Shown here one piece after another: positions 9,088-21,115 of a stretch of DNA of 64,000 bases; the first letter of the stretch is position 1; the number at the start of each line of letters is the position of its first letter. The DNA is taken from contig WGNS01000002.1 in the NCBI GenBank assembly GCA_016124415.1, forward strand, positions 32,933-96,932, written 5' to 3'. The position numbers and the translations under genes are program-made. The notes below the pieces were generated by a model. It had not been told where the DNA came from. It was given only the letters and a program-made list of their open reading frames with translations, and did not search any database. The stretch comes from Gammaproteobacteria bacterium. GTDB taxonomy: Bacteria; Pseudomonadota; Gammaproteobacteria; SZUA-140.

Positions 9088-9627
9088 CTAAATTGGAAGC
9101 TCGCCGATCAGGTCCCGTAACCGCGCCCGCGCCCGATGAATCCTGGATTTCAGGGTGCCGATCGGACTATCGAGCACGGTACTGATCTCCTCGAGCGTGA
9201 ATCCCTCGACGTCATGGAGCATAACGACAAGACGATGGTCCTCGCTCAAACGATCCAAAGCCCGCTTGAGGATCTTGGATTGATCCTGGCGTGATCGTTG
9301 TTCTTCCGGAATCGGCGCTTCGCAGGGAATGTTGTCATACAGCGAGTCACCGTCCTCAGTAGTATTATCGACCGCAAGGTGAATCGGCGAACGCGCATAA
9401 CGGCGCCTGTTGTCGATAAACATTCGGTACATGACCCGTGTCAGCCAGGGCCTGATCCGCTCGACGCCATCGAGGTCTTCCGGACGCTGGTAGATTTTCA
9501 TCAACAGATCCTGCAATAAGTCCTCTGCGTCCGCTTGCGAGCCGGTGAAACGGTAGGCAATCCGGTACAAGTGACCCAGGTGCGGCCGTAGCAGCTTGTC
9601 GAAATCCTCTGCGGAGGGCTTAGTCAT
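9088..9627 (-). CDS. RNA polymerase ECF-type sigma-70 factor
   Basis: 179 aa with sigma70 region 2 (DLLQDLLMKIYQ) and region 4 (LEEISTVLDSPIGTLKSRIHRAR) signatures. Confidence 0.85.
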   Translation of the reverse strand: MTKPSAEDFDKLLRPHLGHLYRIAYRFTGSQADAEDLLQDLLMKIYQRPEDLDGVERIRPWLTRVMYRMFIDNRRRYARSPIHLAVDNTTEDGDSLYDNIPCEAPIPEEQRSRQDQSKILKRALDRLSEDHRLVVMLHDVEGFTLEEISTVLDSPIGTLKSRIHRARARLRDLIGELPI

Positions 9628-9951
9628 TCCGAATCCCCGGCTTGAACGTCCGGAGGGAGGGGGTGCGCAAACCTTCGATCGTGTTCGAGACGATTCTTGG
9701 GTCTGCGGTGTTTGGCACGGTTATTTCCATCTTTATAATAGGTTTTTGGGGCACGAGTCCCTTTATCCTCGCCATCCGCGGTGTTCCGCGAGCAGCGCGA
9801 CCCGGGCCCCGTCAAATCAAAGTTGCACGGGAGTCAAGGACGTCTGGAGGGGGGTAGACGGCAAGTTTCGGATTGTTTATCGTTTTACTGTGTTTCCTGG
9901 CAATAATATGTTGACTTCCGAACCCCTTCAAACTATCCCGAGGTTAGTATC

Positions 9952-10551
9952 ATGAGCGTACTTGTAACACATCCTGCACCGGACTTCACTGCTACGGCCA
10001 TCATGCCGGACAACAGCATCAACGAGAACTTCAAACTGTCGGATTATCGCGGTAAGTATGTCGTGCTGTTTTTCTATCCGCTGGACTTCACCTTCGTTTG
10101 TCCTTCCGAGATCATCGCGTTCAACCATCGCTTGGCCCAGTTCGCCGAAAAGGGCGTTCAGGTCATCGGTTGCTCGGTCGACTCCCATTTCAGCCACCTG
10201 GCGTGGAAGAACACGTCTGTCGACAAGGGCGGTATCGGTAACGTCCAGTATCCGCTCGTTGCGGACCTGACCAAGAACATCGCACGCGACTATGACGTAC
10301 TGACCGGCGATGCAGTTGCATTGCGCGGTTCGTTCCTGATTGACCGTGACGGCGTCGTCCGCCACCAGGTTGTCAACGATCTCCCGCTCGGTCGCAACAT
10401 CGACGAGATGCTGCGCATGGTGGACGCGCTGCAGTTCACCGAAGAGCACGGCGAAGTTTGCCCTGCGGGTTGGTCGGAAGGCAAGAAGGGAATGAACGCG
10501 ACCCCTGAAGGCGTAGCCGCCTATCTCGCCGAGGAAGCCGGCGCTCTCTGA
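9952..10551 (+). CDS. 2-Cys peroxiredoxin (AhpC/Tsa family)
   Basis: 199 aa. Peroxidatic FTFVCPSEI motif and resolving EVCPAGW motif. Confidence 0.9.
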   Translation: MSVLVTHPAPDFTATAIMPDNSINENFKLSDYRGKYVVLFFYPLDFTFVCPSEIIAFNHRLAQFAEKGVQVIGCSVDSHFSHLAWKNTSVDKGGIGNVQYPLVADLTKNIARDYDVLTGDAVALRGSFLIDRDGVVRHQVVNDLPLGRNIDEMLRMVDALQFTEEHGEVCPAGWSEGKKGMNATPEGVAAYLAEEAGAL

Positions 10552-10577
10552 TCCCAACAGGCGTATCAGGCATATAG

Positions 10578-10608
10578 AAAGGGCGGCCAGTGGCCGCCCT
10601 TTCTTTTC
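10578..10608. terminator. bidirectional rho-independent terminator (prx / pilT)
   Basis: AAAGGGCGGCC-AGT-GGCCGCCCTTTCTTTT: 8-bp GC stem, A-run on one side and T-run on the other. Confidence 0.7.
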
Positions 10609-10624
10609 CCGCATGTGAGACAGT

Positions 10625-11662
10625 TCAGGAAAACATATCCTTATTATTGGCCTTCAACTTCGCCTCGCTCTTCGCAACCAGGCCTTTTTCGACGAGGCCG
10701 AGCAGGCATTGATCCAAGGTCTGCATTCCTTGGGCTTGACCCGTTTGAATCGCCGAATACATCTGGGGAACCTTGTTTTCGCGAATGAGGTTTCGGATTG
10801 CGGGCGTGCCGATCATGATCTCGTGCGCCGCCACACGGCCGCCGCCTACCTTTTTCAGCAGCGCCTGAGAAATCACCGCGCGCAGCGATTCGGACAACAT
10901 CGAACGCACCATCTCCTTCTCGGCCGCGGGAAACACGTCGATGATACGGTCGATCGTCTTCGCGGCGGAACTCGTATGCAGGGTGCCGAACACCATGTGA
11001 CCGGTTTCCGCTGCGGTCAACGCCAATCCGATGGTCTCGGGGTCTCGCATTTCGCCCACCAGGATGATATCGGGGTCTTCACGCAACGCTGAGCGCAGGG
11101 ACTCGGAAAATCCGTGCGAATCCCGCCCGATTTCACGCTGGGTTACCAGACAGCGCTTGCTTTGATGTACAAATTCGATCGGGTCTTCGATGGTCAGGAT
11201 GTGTCCGTACTCGCTCGCATTCCTATAGTCGAGCATGGCCGCCAGTGTAGTCGATTTACCCGAACCCGTGGGGCCCGTCACGAGCACGATACCGCGGGGG
11301 TAGTCTGCAATATCCTTGAACACATCCGGTGCGCCCAGTTCCTCAAGCGTCAGAATCGTCGAAGGAATCGTTCTGAATACGCCGCCCAAGCCACGGTTAT
11401 GATTGAACACGTTGACACGGAATCGAGCGAGTCCGCTGATTTCAAAGGAAAAATCGGTTTCCAACTTTTCCTCGAAGTCTTTCCGCTGTTTATCATCCAT
11501 GATGTCGTACAGCATGTCCTGGACCGCGGAGTTATCCAGCGGCGGGACATTGATACGACGCATGTCGCCGTCCACGCGGATCATCGGCGGCAAACCTGCG
11601 GAGATATGAAGGTCGGAGGCGTTGTTCTTTACGCTAAATGCGAGTAGCTCGGCAATTTCCAT
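10625..11662 (-). CDS. pilT: type IV pilus twitching-motility ATPase PilT
   Basis: 345 aa. Walker A GPTGSGKST and PilT-type motifs ending AHEIMIGTPAIRNLIRE. Confidence 0.9.
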   Translation of the reverse strand: MEIAELLAFSVKNNASDLHISAGLPPMIRVDGDMRRINVPPLDNSAVQDMLYDIMDDKQRKDFEEKLETDFSFEISGLARFRVNVFNHNRGLGGVFRTIPSTILTLEELGAPDVFKDIADYPRGIVLVTGPTGSGKSTTLAAMLDYRNASEYGHILTIEDPIEFVHQSKRCLVTQREIGRDSHGFSESLRSALREDPDIILVGEMRDPETIGLALTAAETGHMVFGTLHTSSAAKTIDRIIDVFPAAEKEMVRSMLSESLRAVISQALLKKVGGGRVAAHEIMIGTPAIRNLIRENKVPQMYSAIQTGQAQGMQTLDQCLLGLVEKGLVAKSEAKLKANNKDMFS

Positions 11663-11790
11663 TATCGGTTTCCCTTGACGTGAATCAACAGCGACGTTTT
11701 ACGGTATGCTTGATCATTCTTAGCGGCGGCGCACGCATTCGCTTGAGCGCCTCATTATCGACTTATCACATATAAATGTCTTGTTTATCA

Positions 11791-11799
11791 TGTGGATAA
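11791..11799 (-). promoter_or_regulatory. perfect DnaA box (TGTGGATAA is the reverse complement of TTATCCACA) in the pilT-yggS intergenic region
   Basis: Exact 9-mer match read directly from the sequence. Confidence 0.5.
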
Positions 11800-11811
11800 A
11801 GGCGTTTTGGC

Positions 11812-12498
11812 ATGCATCTCGACTTGAAACAACGGTTTGATTCCATCCGTCAGCGGGTCTGGTGCGCGGAGATGGCGGCCGGTCGTCAGCCCGGCAAAAC
11901 CAAGATCGTTGCCGTCAGCAAAACCCAATCGGCGGATGCGATCCGGCATCTCTATGAGCTCGGACAGCGGGATTTCGCCGAAAGTTATCTTCAGGAAGCC
12001 CTGCCGAAGATGGAGGTTCTCAGGGATCTCGATATCACGTGGCACTACATAGGGCGGATCCAGACCAACAAGACACGGGATATCGCCACTCACTTCGATT
12101 GGATACAGAGCGTCGACCGGGAAAAGGTCGGACGACGTCTTTCGGAACAGAGACCCGAGGGCCTGCCGGACCTCAACATCTGTATCCAGGTCAACATCAG
12201 CCACGAGGCCGGCAAGGCCGGGGTCACCCCCGAAGGCGTACAGGAACTTGCTTCATCGCTCTCCGGGATGGATCACCTCGTTGTCCGCGGCTTGATGGCT
12301 ATTCCCGAGCGGGACAGCCACGAAGGAGGCACATCGACCAGCCATTCCGACTTGCACAAGATCTATCGAGCCCTGCAACAACAGGGGTTTAAGCTGGATA
12401 CCTTGTCGATGGGGATGTCGGACGATCTCGAGGTTGCAATCGAGAACGGTGCCACCGCGGTGCGTATCGGCACGGCGCTCTTCGGCGCGCGAAATTAG
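11812..12498 (+). CDS. yggS: YggS-family pyridoxal-phosphate homeostasis protein
   Basis: 228 aa alanine-racemase N-terminal-like TIM-barrel protein (AVSKTQ, RVGTALFG). Conserved divergent partner of pilT. Confidence 0.85.
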   Translation: MHLDLKQRFDSIRQRVWCAEMAAGRQPGKTKIVAVSKTQSADAIRHLYELGQRDFAESYLQEALPKMEVLRDLDITWHYIGRIQTNKTRDIATHFDWIQSVDREKVGRRLSEQRPEGLPDLNICIQVNISHEAGKAGVTPEGVQELASSLSGMDHLVVRGLMAIPERDSHEGGTSTSHSDLHKIYRALQQQGFKLDTLSMGMSDDLEVAIENGATAVRIGTALFGARN

Positions 12499-12545
12499 TG
12501 GTGCTTTACGGTACCCCAATAGATGGTTTTGGATCCCTCGTTTGC

Positions 12546-12554
12546 TGTGGATAA
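12546..12554 (-). promoter_or_regulatory. perfect DnaA box (TGTGGATAA) about 135 nt upstream of dnaA, possible autoregulation site
   Basis: Exact consensus 9-mer in the 190-nt yggS-dnaA spacer. Confidence 0.5.
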
Positions 12555-12689
12555 CTTCGGTGAACAGGTATACACTTTGCCTTCCCCTGGTCCTTAGGAG
12601 ACCGGACCTCGGAACCGAAAAACGCTTTTACCCCTATTAGAAAAGGGCCCTGAACACAAAGGCCCCATGGAAACGATCCGCGGCGCAAG

Positions 12690-14054
12690 ATGACCACAAA
12701 AGAGAGTCTTTGGAATCGATGTCTTCAGAGGCTGGAGGCCGATCTGCCCGCACAAACGTTCACGACCTGGATCAGGCCCCTACAGACGGTCACCGATGGC
12801 AATCTGATACGCCTTATGGCGCCCAACCAATTTGTAAAGGATTGGATTCAGGGACATTTATTTGACCAAATCGTCGATGTTGTTTCCGGATTAAGTGAAG
12901 GACAGTCGGTTGATGTCCGTATTGAAATCGGCAGCCGGGATGCCGTTAAGCCCGCCGCCCAGGAAGGCGGCAGTACCCAGGAAGGCCGAAAGGCCAATTT
13001 TTCGCGCAGGGGAGATGATCGGCACGCCGGCTTCGTGAGTCGCCTTGATCGTGATTACACCTTTACGACCTTCGTCGAGGGTAAATCCAATCAACTGGCC
13101 AAGGCGGCCTCGACCCAAGTGTCCGAACACCCCGGCACCGCCTACAACCCGTTGTTCATATACGGAGGGGTGGGACTAGGCAAGACCCATCTCATGCAAG
13201 CGGTCGGGAACCATTTGATGGCCAAGAATCCCGGGGCTAAAGTCGCCTACGTTCATTCCGAGCGCTTCGTCAGTGATATGGTCAAGGCGTTTCAACATAA
13301 TTCCATCAACGAGTTCAAACGCTACTACCGATCCGTCGACGCCCTCCTGATCGACGATATCCAGTTCTTCGCGAACAAGGAACGCTCTCAGGAGGAGTTC
13401 TTTCATACCTTCAATACGCTTCTGGAAGGACGCAATCAGATCATTATTACCTGCGATCGGTATCCCAAGGAGGTCGGCGGACTTGAGGAACGTCTCAAGT
13501 CGCGTTTCGGTTGGGGACTTACCGTTTCCATCGATCCGCCGGAACTTGAAACCTGCGTGGCCATTCTCATGAGCAAAGCGGAGAAATGGTATGGCCATTT
13601 GCCGGAAGAAGTCGCGTTTTTCATTGCCAAGCGTATACGCTCGAACGTCCGTGAGCTGGAAGGATCCTTGAGGCGCGTAATCGCCTATGCACGTTTCAAA
13701 AACGTGCCGATCACGCTGGAGATGACCAAGGAGGCCTTACGCGATCTTTTGGCCGCTCACGAGAAGCTCGTCTCCATCGAAAATATTCAAAAGACGGTGG
13801 CCGACTATTGCAAGATACGTTACTCTGACCTGCTCTCGAAGCGCAGATCGCGTTCGGTAGCCAGGCCCCGACAGATTGCCATGTCGCTGTCCAAAGAGCT
13901 TACAAATCACAGTCTGCCCGAGATCGGCGGTTTCTTTGGCGGCCGCGATCACACGACCGTTCTGCACGCTTGCAGAAAGATCAAAGAGCTCAGGGAGACG
14001 GATCCACGCGTAAAAGAGGACTACAACAACCTGTTGAGAATGTTGTCCAGTTAG
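12690..14054 (+). CDS. dnaA: chromosomal replication initiator DnaA
   Basis: 454 aa. AAA+ Walker [14 protein letters not shown], sensor motifs, and a C-terminal DNA-binding domain ([23 protein letters not shown]). Confidence 0.95.
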   Translation: MTTKESLWNRCLQRLEADLPAQTFTTWIRPLQTVTDGNLIRLMAPNQFVKDWIQGHLFDQIVDVVSGLSEGQSVDVRIEIGSRDAVKPAAQEGGSTQEGRKANFSRRGDDRHAGFVSRLDRDYTFTTFVEGKSNQLAKAASTQVSEHPGTAYNPLFIYGGVGLGKTHLMQAVGNHLMAKNPGAKVAYVHSERFVSDMVKAFQHNSINEFKRYYRSVDALLIDDIQFFANKERSQEEFFHTFNTLLEGRNQIIITCDRYPKEVGGLEERLKSRFGWGLTVSIDPPELETCVAILMSKAEKWYGHLPEEVAFFIAKRIRSNVRELEGSLRRVIAYARFKNVPITLEMTKEALRDLLAAHEKLVSIENIQKTVADYCKIRYSDLLSKRRSRSVARPRQIAMSLSKELTNHSLPEIGGFFGGRDHTTVLHACRKIKELRETDPRVKEDYNNLLRMLSS

Positions 14055-14252
14055 GTGTGTATGGTTTGTGGATAACTCCGACGAACGTATCGGGGTCTCA
14101 GATCTCCACAAACTATCCACAGGGCACGGGGTAGTTATACAAGCCTTATCTAGTGCGCGATTTATAACTTAACTTATTGAAAATTAAGTTTAAACTTAAA
14201 GTTATCCTTCAATAACGCCGTACGTTAATTATTGGGGTTAAAAAGAGAAGAA
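14055..14252. other. candidate oriC: DnaA boxes plus AT-rich unwinding element in the dnaA-dnaN spacer
   Basis: TGTGGATAA at 14067-14075 and CTATCCACA at 14113-14121 in inverted orientation. A roughly 90-bp stretch at 14160-14250 is strongly AT-rich in a 63% GC genome and carries AACTTA/TAAGTT palindromic repeats. Confidence 0.45.
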
Positions 14253-15353
14253 ATGAAATTTACAGTTACACAAGATCGTTTGATCAAGCCCTTGCAAAGG
14301 GTTGTCAATGTCGTCGAACGGCGTCAGACAAAGCCGATATTAGGTAACATTCTTCTCTCTCTTAAAGACGACGAGCTTACGTTGACGTCCACGGATCTCG
14401 AGATCGAGATGCGCACCCAACTCTCGGTTTCAAGCGCCTCTTCAGGTGAGATCACCGTACCCGCCCGCAAGTTGCTCGACATCACCAGATCCCTGCCGAC
14501 CGATGCGGATGTCAGTTTCAGTCTGGAAAACCAAAGGGCCGTACTCACCTCCGGGAGAAGTCGCTTCACGCTGTCCACATTGCCTGCATCCGGATATCCC
14601 AATGTTGAGATTGCCAACGCCCATGGCAGTTTTACCTTGCCGGAAAAAGCGCTTGCCACCGCATTGGATCGGACAGCCTTTGCTATGGCTCAGCAAGACG
14701 TTCGTTATTATTTGAACGGCATGCTTATGGAGATCAGCGACGAAGGATTACGTCTGGTCGCAACCGATGGACATAGGCTTGCTATTTGCGATTTGCCGGA
14801 GCATTCGGGTGATGTTGATAACCAGCGCATCATTATCCCGCGGAAGGGCATACAGGAACTTGGCCGGCTGCTTGCGGATTCCACGGGCGAGACGGTCGTT
14901 ACGCTGGGAAGCAATTTTATTCAGGTGGCGACCGACAACGGTTCTTTTATCTCGAAGCTTATCAACGGCATTTACCCCGATTATCACAATGTGATTCCGC
15001 AAACGGGTCAATGCAACGCTATTTGCGATCGGGAGGACCTCAGGTCTGCGTTGGTTCGCGTCGGGATCTTGTCGAACGAACAGTATCGTGGCGTTCGTAT
15101 GAGATTTGGACCGGAGCGCTTGGTGGTTACCGCCAATAACCCCGAGCACGAAGAGGCAGAGGAAGAACTTGCGATCGAGTACTCAGCCTCTGACTTGGAT
15201 ATCGCATTTAACGTGGCCTACCTCATAGAGGCCTTGACTGCATGCGATGGCGATCAAGTAAAGATCAATCTGACGGATTCGAATAGTTGTTGTTTGATTG
15301 AACCGGTGGCGCAGAGCAACTGCCGTTATATCGTAATGCCCATGCGCCTTTAG
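14253..15353 (+). CDS. dnaN: DNA polymerase III beta sliding clamp
   Basis: ATG at 14253 with an AAGAGAAG RBS. The TTG at 14232 in the track is an upstream extension. Product starts MKFTVTQDRLIKPLQ, 366 aa. Confidence 0.9.
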   Translation: MKFTVTQDRLIKPLQRVVNVVERRQTKPILGNILLSLKDDELTLTSTDLEIEMRTQLSVSSASSGEITVPARKLLDITRSLPTDADVSFSLENQRAVLTSGRSRFTLSTLPASGYPNVEIANAHGSFTLPEKALATALDRTAFAMAQQDVRYYLNGMLMEISDEGLRLVATDGHRLAICDLPEHSGDVDNQRIIIPRKGIQELGRLLADSTGETVVTLGSNFIQVATDNGSFISKLINGIYPDYHNVIPQTGQCNAICDREDLRSALVRVGILSNEQYRGVRMRFGPERLVVTANNPEHEEAEEELAIEYSASDLDIAFNVAYLIEALTACDGDQVKINLTDSNSCCLIEPVAQSNCRYIVMPMRL

Positions 15354-15436
15354 TCTTGGCCGACGATGGCTATGCAAGCCATGTTTGGCCGTATTGAAGA
15401 CACGAGACTTATATTGTTCGGACACCTTGACGGGTT

Positions 15437-16507
15437 GTGAACGTTAGCAGACTCAACATTCGTAACTTCCGAAATATTGAATCCGTGGGTATAGCGCTGA
15501 GTCCCGGCCTCAATTTTTTCTTAGGGCCAAACGGCAGCGGTAAGACAAGTTTATTGGAAGGGCTTTACCTGCTTTCCAGAGGCCGGTCGTTCAGGACGCA
15601 AAATCTCAAGCGACTGCTCCGTATCGGTAGCGACAGGATGCAACTGCGAGTGCATGCGGGTGCTCATGACGGTCTTCCCGGCGAGTCTGTCGACGCATTC
15701 TACCCGGATAAGGATAGTCGTCTGGTGTTTAAAATTTCCGGTCAACGTATAGAGCGGACGACCGATCTGTCATTGGTTCTGCCTGTCGTTCTGCTGCATC
15801 AGGATTCCCATCTGCTGATCTCATCCGGGCCGAAGTACCGAAGGCATTTTTTGGATATCGGTGTGTTTCACGTGAAACCAAACTATATTTCCGTTTGGCA
15901 GTACTACAAAAGGGCCTTGCATCAGAGAAACGCCGCACTGAGGGGAGGCGCGTCAAATATTGAATTGTGGGATAACGCCTTATCTACCACTGCGGTGCAA
16001 TTGGATGAATTTAGGCGCGCATATATTGAAGTCTTAAATGACAAACTTGGGCGTACCGCAAGGGAGGTAGTAGGGATCGATGGACCTTTTTCCATCGACT
16101 ACCAGCGAGGATGGAAACACGAAGAAACGCTGTTGGACACGCTTCGCCGTTGTATAGAAAGAGACCGTACGCTTGGCTATACGAGGGACGGCCCTCATCG
16201 GGCGGAATTGATGTTCAATATCGGAGGCCAACCTGTAAAGGATTTCCTGTCCAGGGGACAACAAAAACTTTTGGTGTATGCCCTGTTCTTCGCGCAGGCG
16301 GAGGCGATGACTCACTTTACGGCGAGCAGACCAATTGTATTAGCAGACGACGTTACGGCAGAGGTGGACGATGCGGGCGTGGAAAGGGTGCTCCATGCCA
16401 TGAGGCGAATTTGCGATCAGGCCATCATCACAAACCAATCATTGCCGTTGTCCGAGAGTTCGAAAGACGCGACCTTGTTCCACGTGAAACACGGTCAAGT
16501 AAGTTAG
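15437..16507 (+). CDS. recF: DNA replication and repair protein RecF
   Basis: GTG start. N-terminus LNIRNFRNIESVGIALSPGLNFFLGPNGSGKTSLLEGLYLLSRGRSFR is colinear with E. coli RecF. Confidence 0.9.
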   Translation: MNVSRLNIRNFRNIESVGIALSPGLNFFLGPNGSGKTSLLEGLYLLSRGRSFRTQNLKRLLRIGSDRMQLRVHAGAHDGLPGESVDAFYPDKDSRLVFKISGQRIERTTDLSLVLPVVLLHQDSHLLISSGPKYRRHFLDIGVFHVKPNYISVWQYYKRALHQRNAALRGGASNIELWDNALSTTAVQLDEFRRAYIEVLNDKLGRTAREVVGIDGPFSIDYQRGWKHEETLLDTLRRCIERDRTLGYTRDGPHRAELMFNIGGQPVKDFLSRGQQKLLVYALFFAQAEAMTHFTASRPIVLADDVTAEVDDAGVERVLHAMRRICDQAIITNQSLPLSESSKDATLFHVKHGQVS

Positions 16508-16678
16508 TCCATCTTCGCAAGAGAACATTGCCCACACCGATATGTCGTGTTTCACGGTTAGGTGAGAATAGCCGGCACTTTATATAATGCCTGCAAACCG
16601 ATGCAATAAAATTACGCGTCGTCCTGGCCCGGTTTTTGTTTATAATGAGTCCCTTAACTGTAGGTAAGGAGAGTGTAG

Positions 16679-19090
<2,412 letters not shown>

Positions 19091-19161
19091 GATACGACGT
19101 TGAACTCGACAAGCGCCCCCTGCGGATCAGGTTAGCCGCCGGGGCGTTTTCAATTTGAGAC

Positions 19162-20175
19162 TTAGGGATTCAAGGCGGCGGCGTGAGCGGCTCCCTTCAG
19201 CCCCAGTTCCTGATCCATCGAAACCGTGATGGGAAAGGACGCGAGCAGGTCCGTCATACGGCCTTTGTCGAGGAAGGCATTTAAAAAGCGATCGTCTTGT
19301 TGAAGGTAATCTAAATTCTTTGCCGCTATTCCGCCCGTAACGAAGACCCCGCCGCGGGGCAGCGTCATTAGCGCGAGGTTGCCCGTCACCGCTCCGTAGA
19401 TGGACGTAAACAATCGCATGGCCGCGTGGGCCGTCGGCGCGTCACCCAGATTCGCATAACGCGAGATGGCTGCGGCCGGGTCGCCTTCGGCCATGGCGTT
19501 TGCAAGCGCAGGGTTCAGTTTACCGGGCGAGGCGTCGACTAGGAAATCGTGAATGTTGCAAAGCCCCTGGCCGGAAAGGAGGCGCTCTACCGAGACGTGT
19601 TGCCAGCGTCGGCGTAGGAAGTTGAGCAATGCGATTTGTTCATCGTCTACGGGCGCGAAATCCATATGACCGGCCTCGGTCGCAGCCGGACGGTGGGCAC
19701 CATTCTGATAAAACAACTGACCGACGCCGAGCCCGGTACCCGCGCCTACGACCAGTCGGGGCCCGTCCGCCTGAGCCTGTCCTATTTGCAAGGTTACGGA
19801 GTCACCGGGGTCCAGACAATCTACGCCGTACCCCATCGCCTCAAAGTCGTTGATAATAATAGTTTTTTTGAATGAGAAACGCGTTGAGACGGCGTCCGCA
19901 TCGAGTGCCCAGGGAAGATTCGTGACACGGGCCCTTGCGCCTCCTTCCATAACCGGTCCCGCAACCGCGAGACAAGCCGTCAACGTAGATCGTTCATGTG
20001 CGTCGAGCGGATTCGTCTGTAGAAATGTCTCAAGGATATCCTCGAGGCAACTATAGTCCGCACTGGTGAAGCGAGTGGGTTCGGTCAGAGGATGAGCTCG
20101 TCCCAGTTCGATCCGGGTGAGTTGCAACAGGCATTTGGTGCCGCCGACGTCGGCCGCGAGAACCAATCGAGACAT
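19162..20175 (-). CDS. glk: glucokinase
   Basis: Glk-family N-terminus LAADVGGTKCLLQL. The ATG at 20175 overlaps the pgl stop by 1 nt. Confidence 0.8.
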   Translation of the reverse strand: MSRLVLAADVGGTKCLLQLTRIELGRAHPLTEPTRFTSADYSCLEDILETFLQTNPLDAHERSTLTACLAVAGPVMEGGARARVTNLPWALDADAVSTRFSFKKTIIINDFEAMGYGVDCLDPGDSVTLQIGQAQADGPRLVVGAGTGLGVGQLFYQNGAHRPAATEAGHMDFAPVDDEQIALLNFLRRRWQHVSVERLLSGQGLCNIHDFLVDASPGKLNPALANAMAEGDPAAAISRYANLGDAPTAHAAMRLFTSIYGAVTGNLALMTLPRGGVFVTGGIAAKNLDYLQQDDRFLNAFLDKGRMTDLLASFPITVSMDQELGLKGAAHAAALNP

Positions 20176-20924
20176 CAAAGCGCTCCTTCGAGGCGGCCCG
20201 CGGCGCCTTCATCCATGAAGAAGTCTATTTGCTCTCTAGCCCGAATCATCTCAACCGGATAAGGTTCGTGGTTTGATTCCTTATCGAGAATCTCGGCGAC
20301 GATGGCCGCTTTTCCTTCTCCGGCGGTCAGCAGCATGATGCGTCTCGCCTTCGCCAGGACGGGAAAGGTAATCGTGATGCGCCAGGATGAAAATTTTTCA
20401 ACGAAGACGGGGACCACGGTTGTATTGCCTTCGTTCAGAGCTGCCGTCCCCGGAAAGAGAGAGGCGATATGTCCGTCTGGGCCCAAACCCAGCATGACGA
20501 GATCAAGCATGCCTCCTGGGACGACCCTTGCCAGTGTCTCCGCGTAGTCTAGCGCAGCGCCGTCCGGCCCTCTTTCCGTTTGGATCCGATAGACATTCTC
20601 TTCACGGATGCCGAGCGGTGCCAGTAAGGTTTCGCGGGCCATCCTGAAATTGCTGTCCTCGTGATCCTTGGGAACGCAGCGTTCGTCTCCAAAGAGGATG
20701 AAGACCTTGGTCCAGTCGATGGCGTCCCGGTAAGACGGCAAGGCGAGGTGCTCGAAGAGCAGACGCGGTGTCGATCCTCCGGAAAGCGCGACATAGAAGG
20801 CACCGTGATCCTCGATGGCGTTGCGCGCTTGCCTACACCAATACGCCGCCGTGATTTCCCCGAGTTCGGCGCCGTTACGCGCGATATGTAAGATGGCATT
20901 GGATACGTTCACTGTAACCCCCAT
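20175..20924 (-). CDS. pgl: 6-phosphogluconolactonase
   Basis: 249 aa. DevB/Pgl motifs ALSGGSTP and GLGPDGHIASLFPG. Confidence 0.8.
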   Translation of the reverse strand: MGVTVNVSNAILHIARNGAELGEITAAYWCRQARNAIEDHGAFYVALSGGSTPRLLFEHLALPSYRDAIDWTKVFILFGDERCVPKDHEDSNFRMARETLLAPLGIREENVYRIQTERGPDGAALDYAETLARVVPGGMLDLVMLGLGPDGHIASLFPGTAALNEGNTTVVPVFVEKFSSWRITITFPVLAKARRIMLLTAGEGKAAIVAEILDKESNHEPYPVEMIRAREQIDFFMDEGAAGRLEGAL

Positions 20925-21115
20925 GTCGCCTCGACTGTGTTAACCTTACTCGCAGTATGTATCATCCCGGACCAGGAATGAACCTGAAATTTCGGTTCGG
21001 GGCGGCTCGATTTCTTTTATACTCTATATGGTTATTTCGCCGGCGCAGGGGGAGACGCCGGTAGGATAGTCGCGCTTGTTGCGCCAAGGTAGCTAAAAGA
21101 AGAGGAGGGGGCATT

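Noticed and set aside
11763-11771. TTATCACAT resembling a DnaA box
   Set aside because: Mismatch at the conserved position 6 (A instead of C). Only the nearby TGTGGATAA at 11791 is a true consensus box.
19091-19161. Possible terminator between gyrB and glk (CGCCCC...GGGGCG followed by TTTTCAATTT)
   Set aside because: The stem needs a 23-nt loop, so the hairpin prediction is weak. Not reported as a feature.
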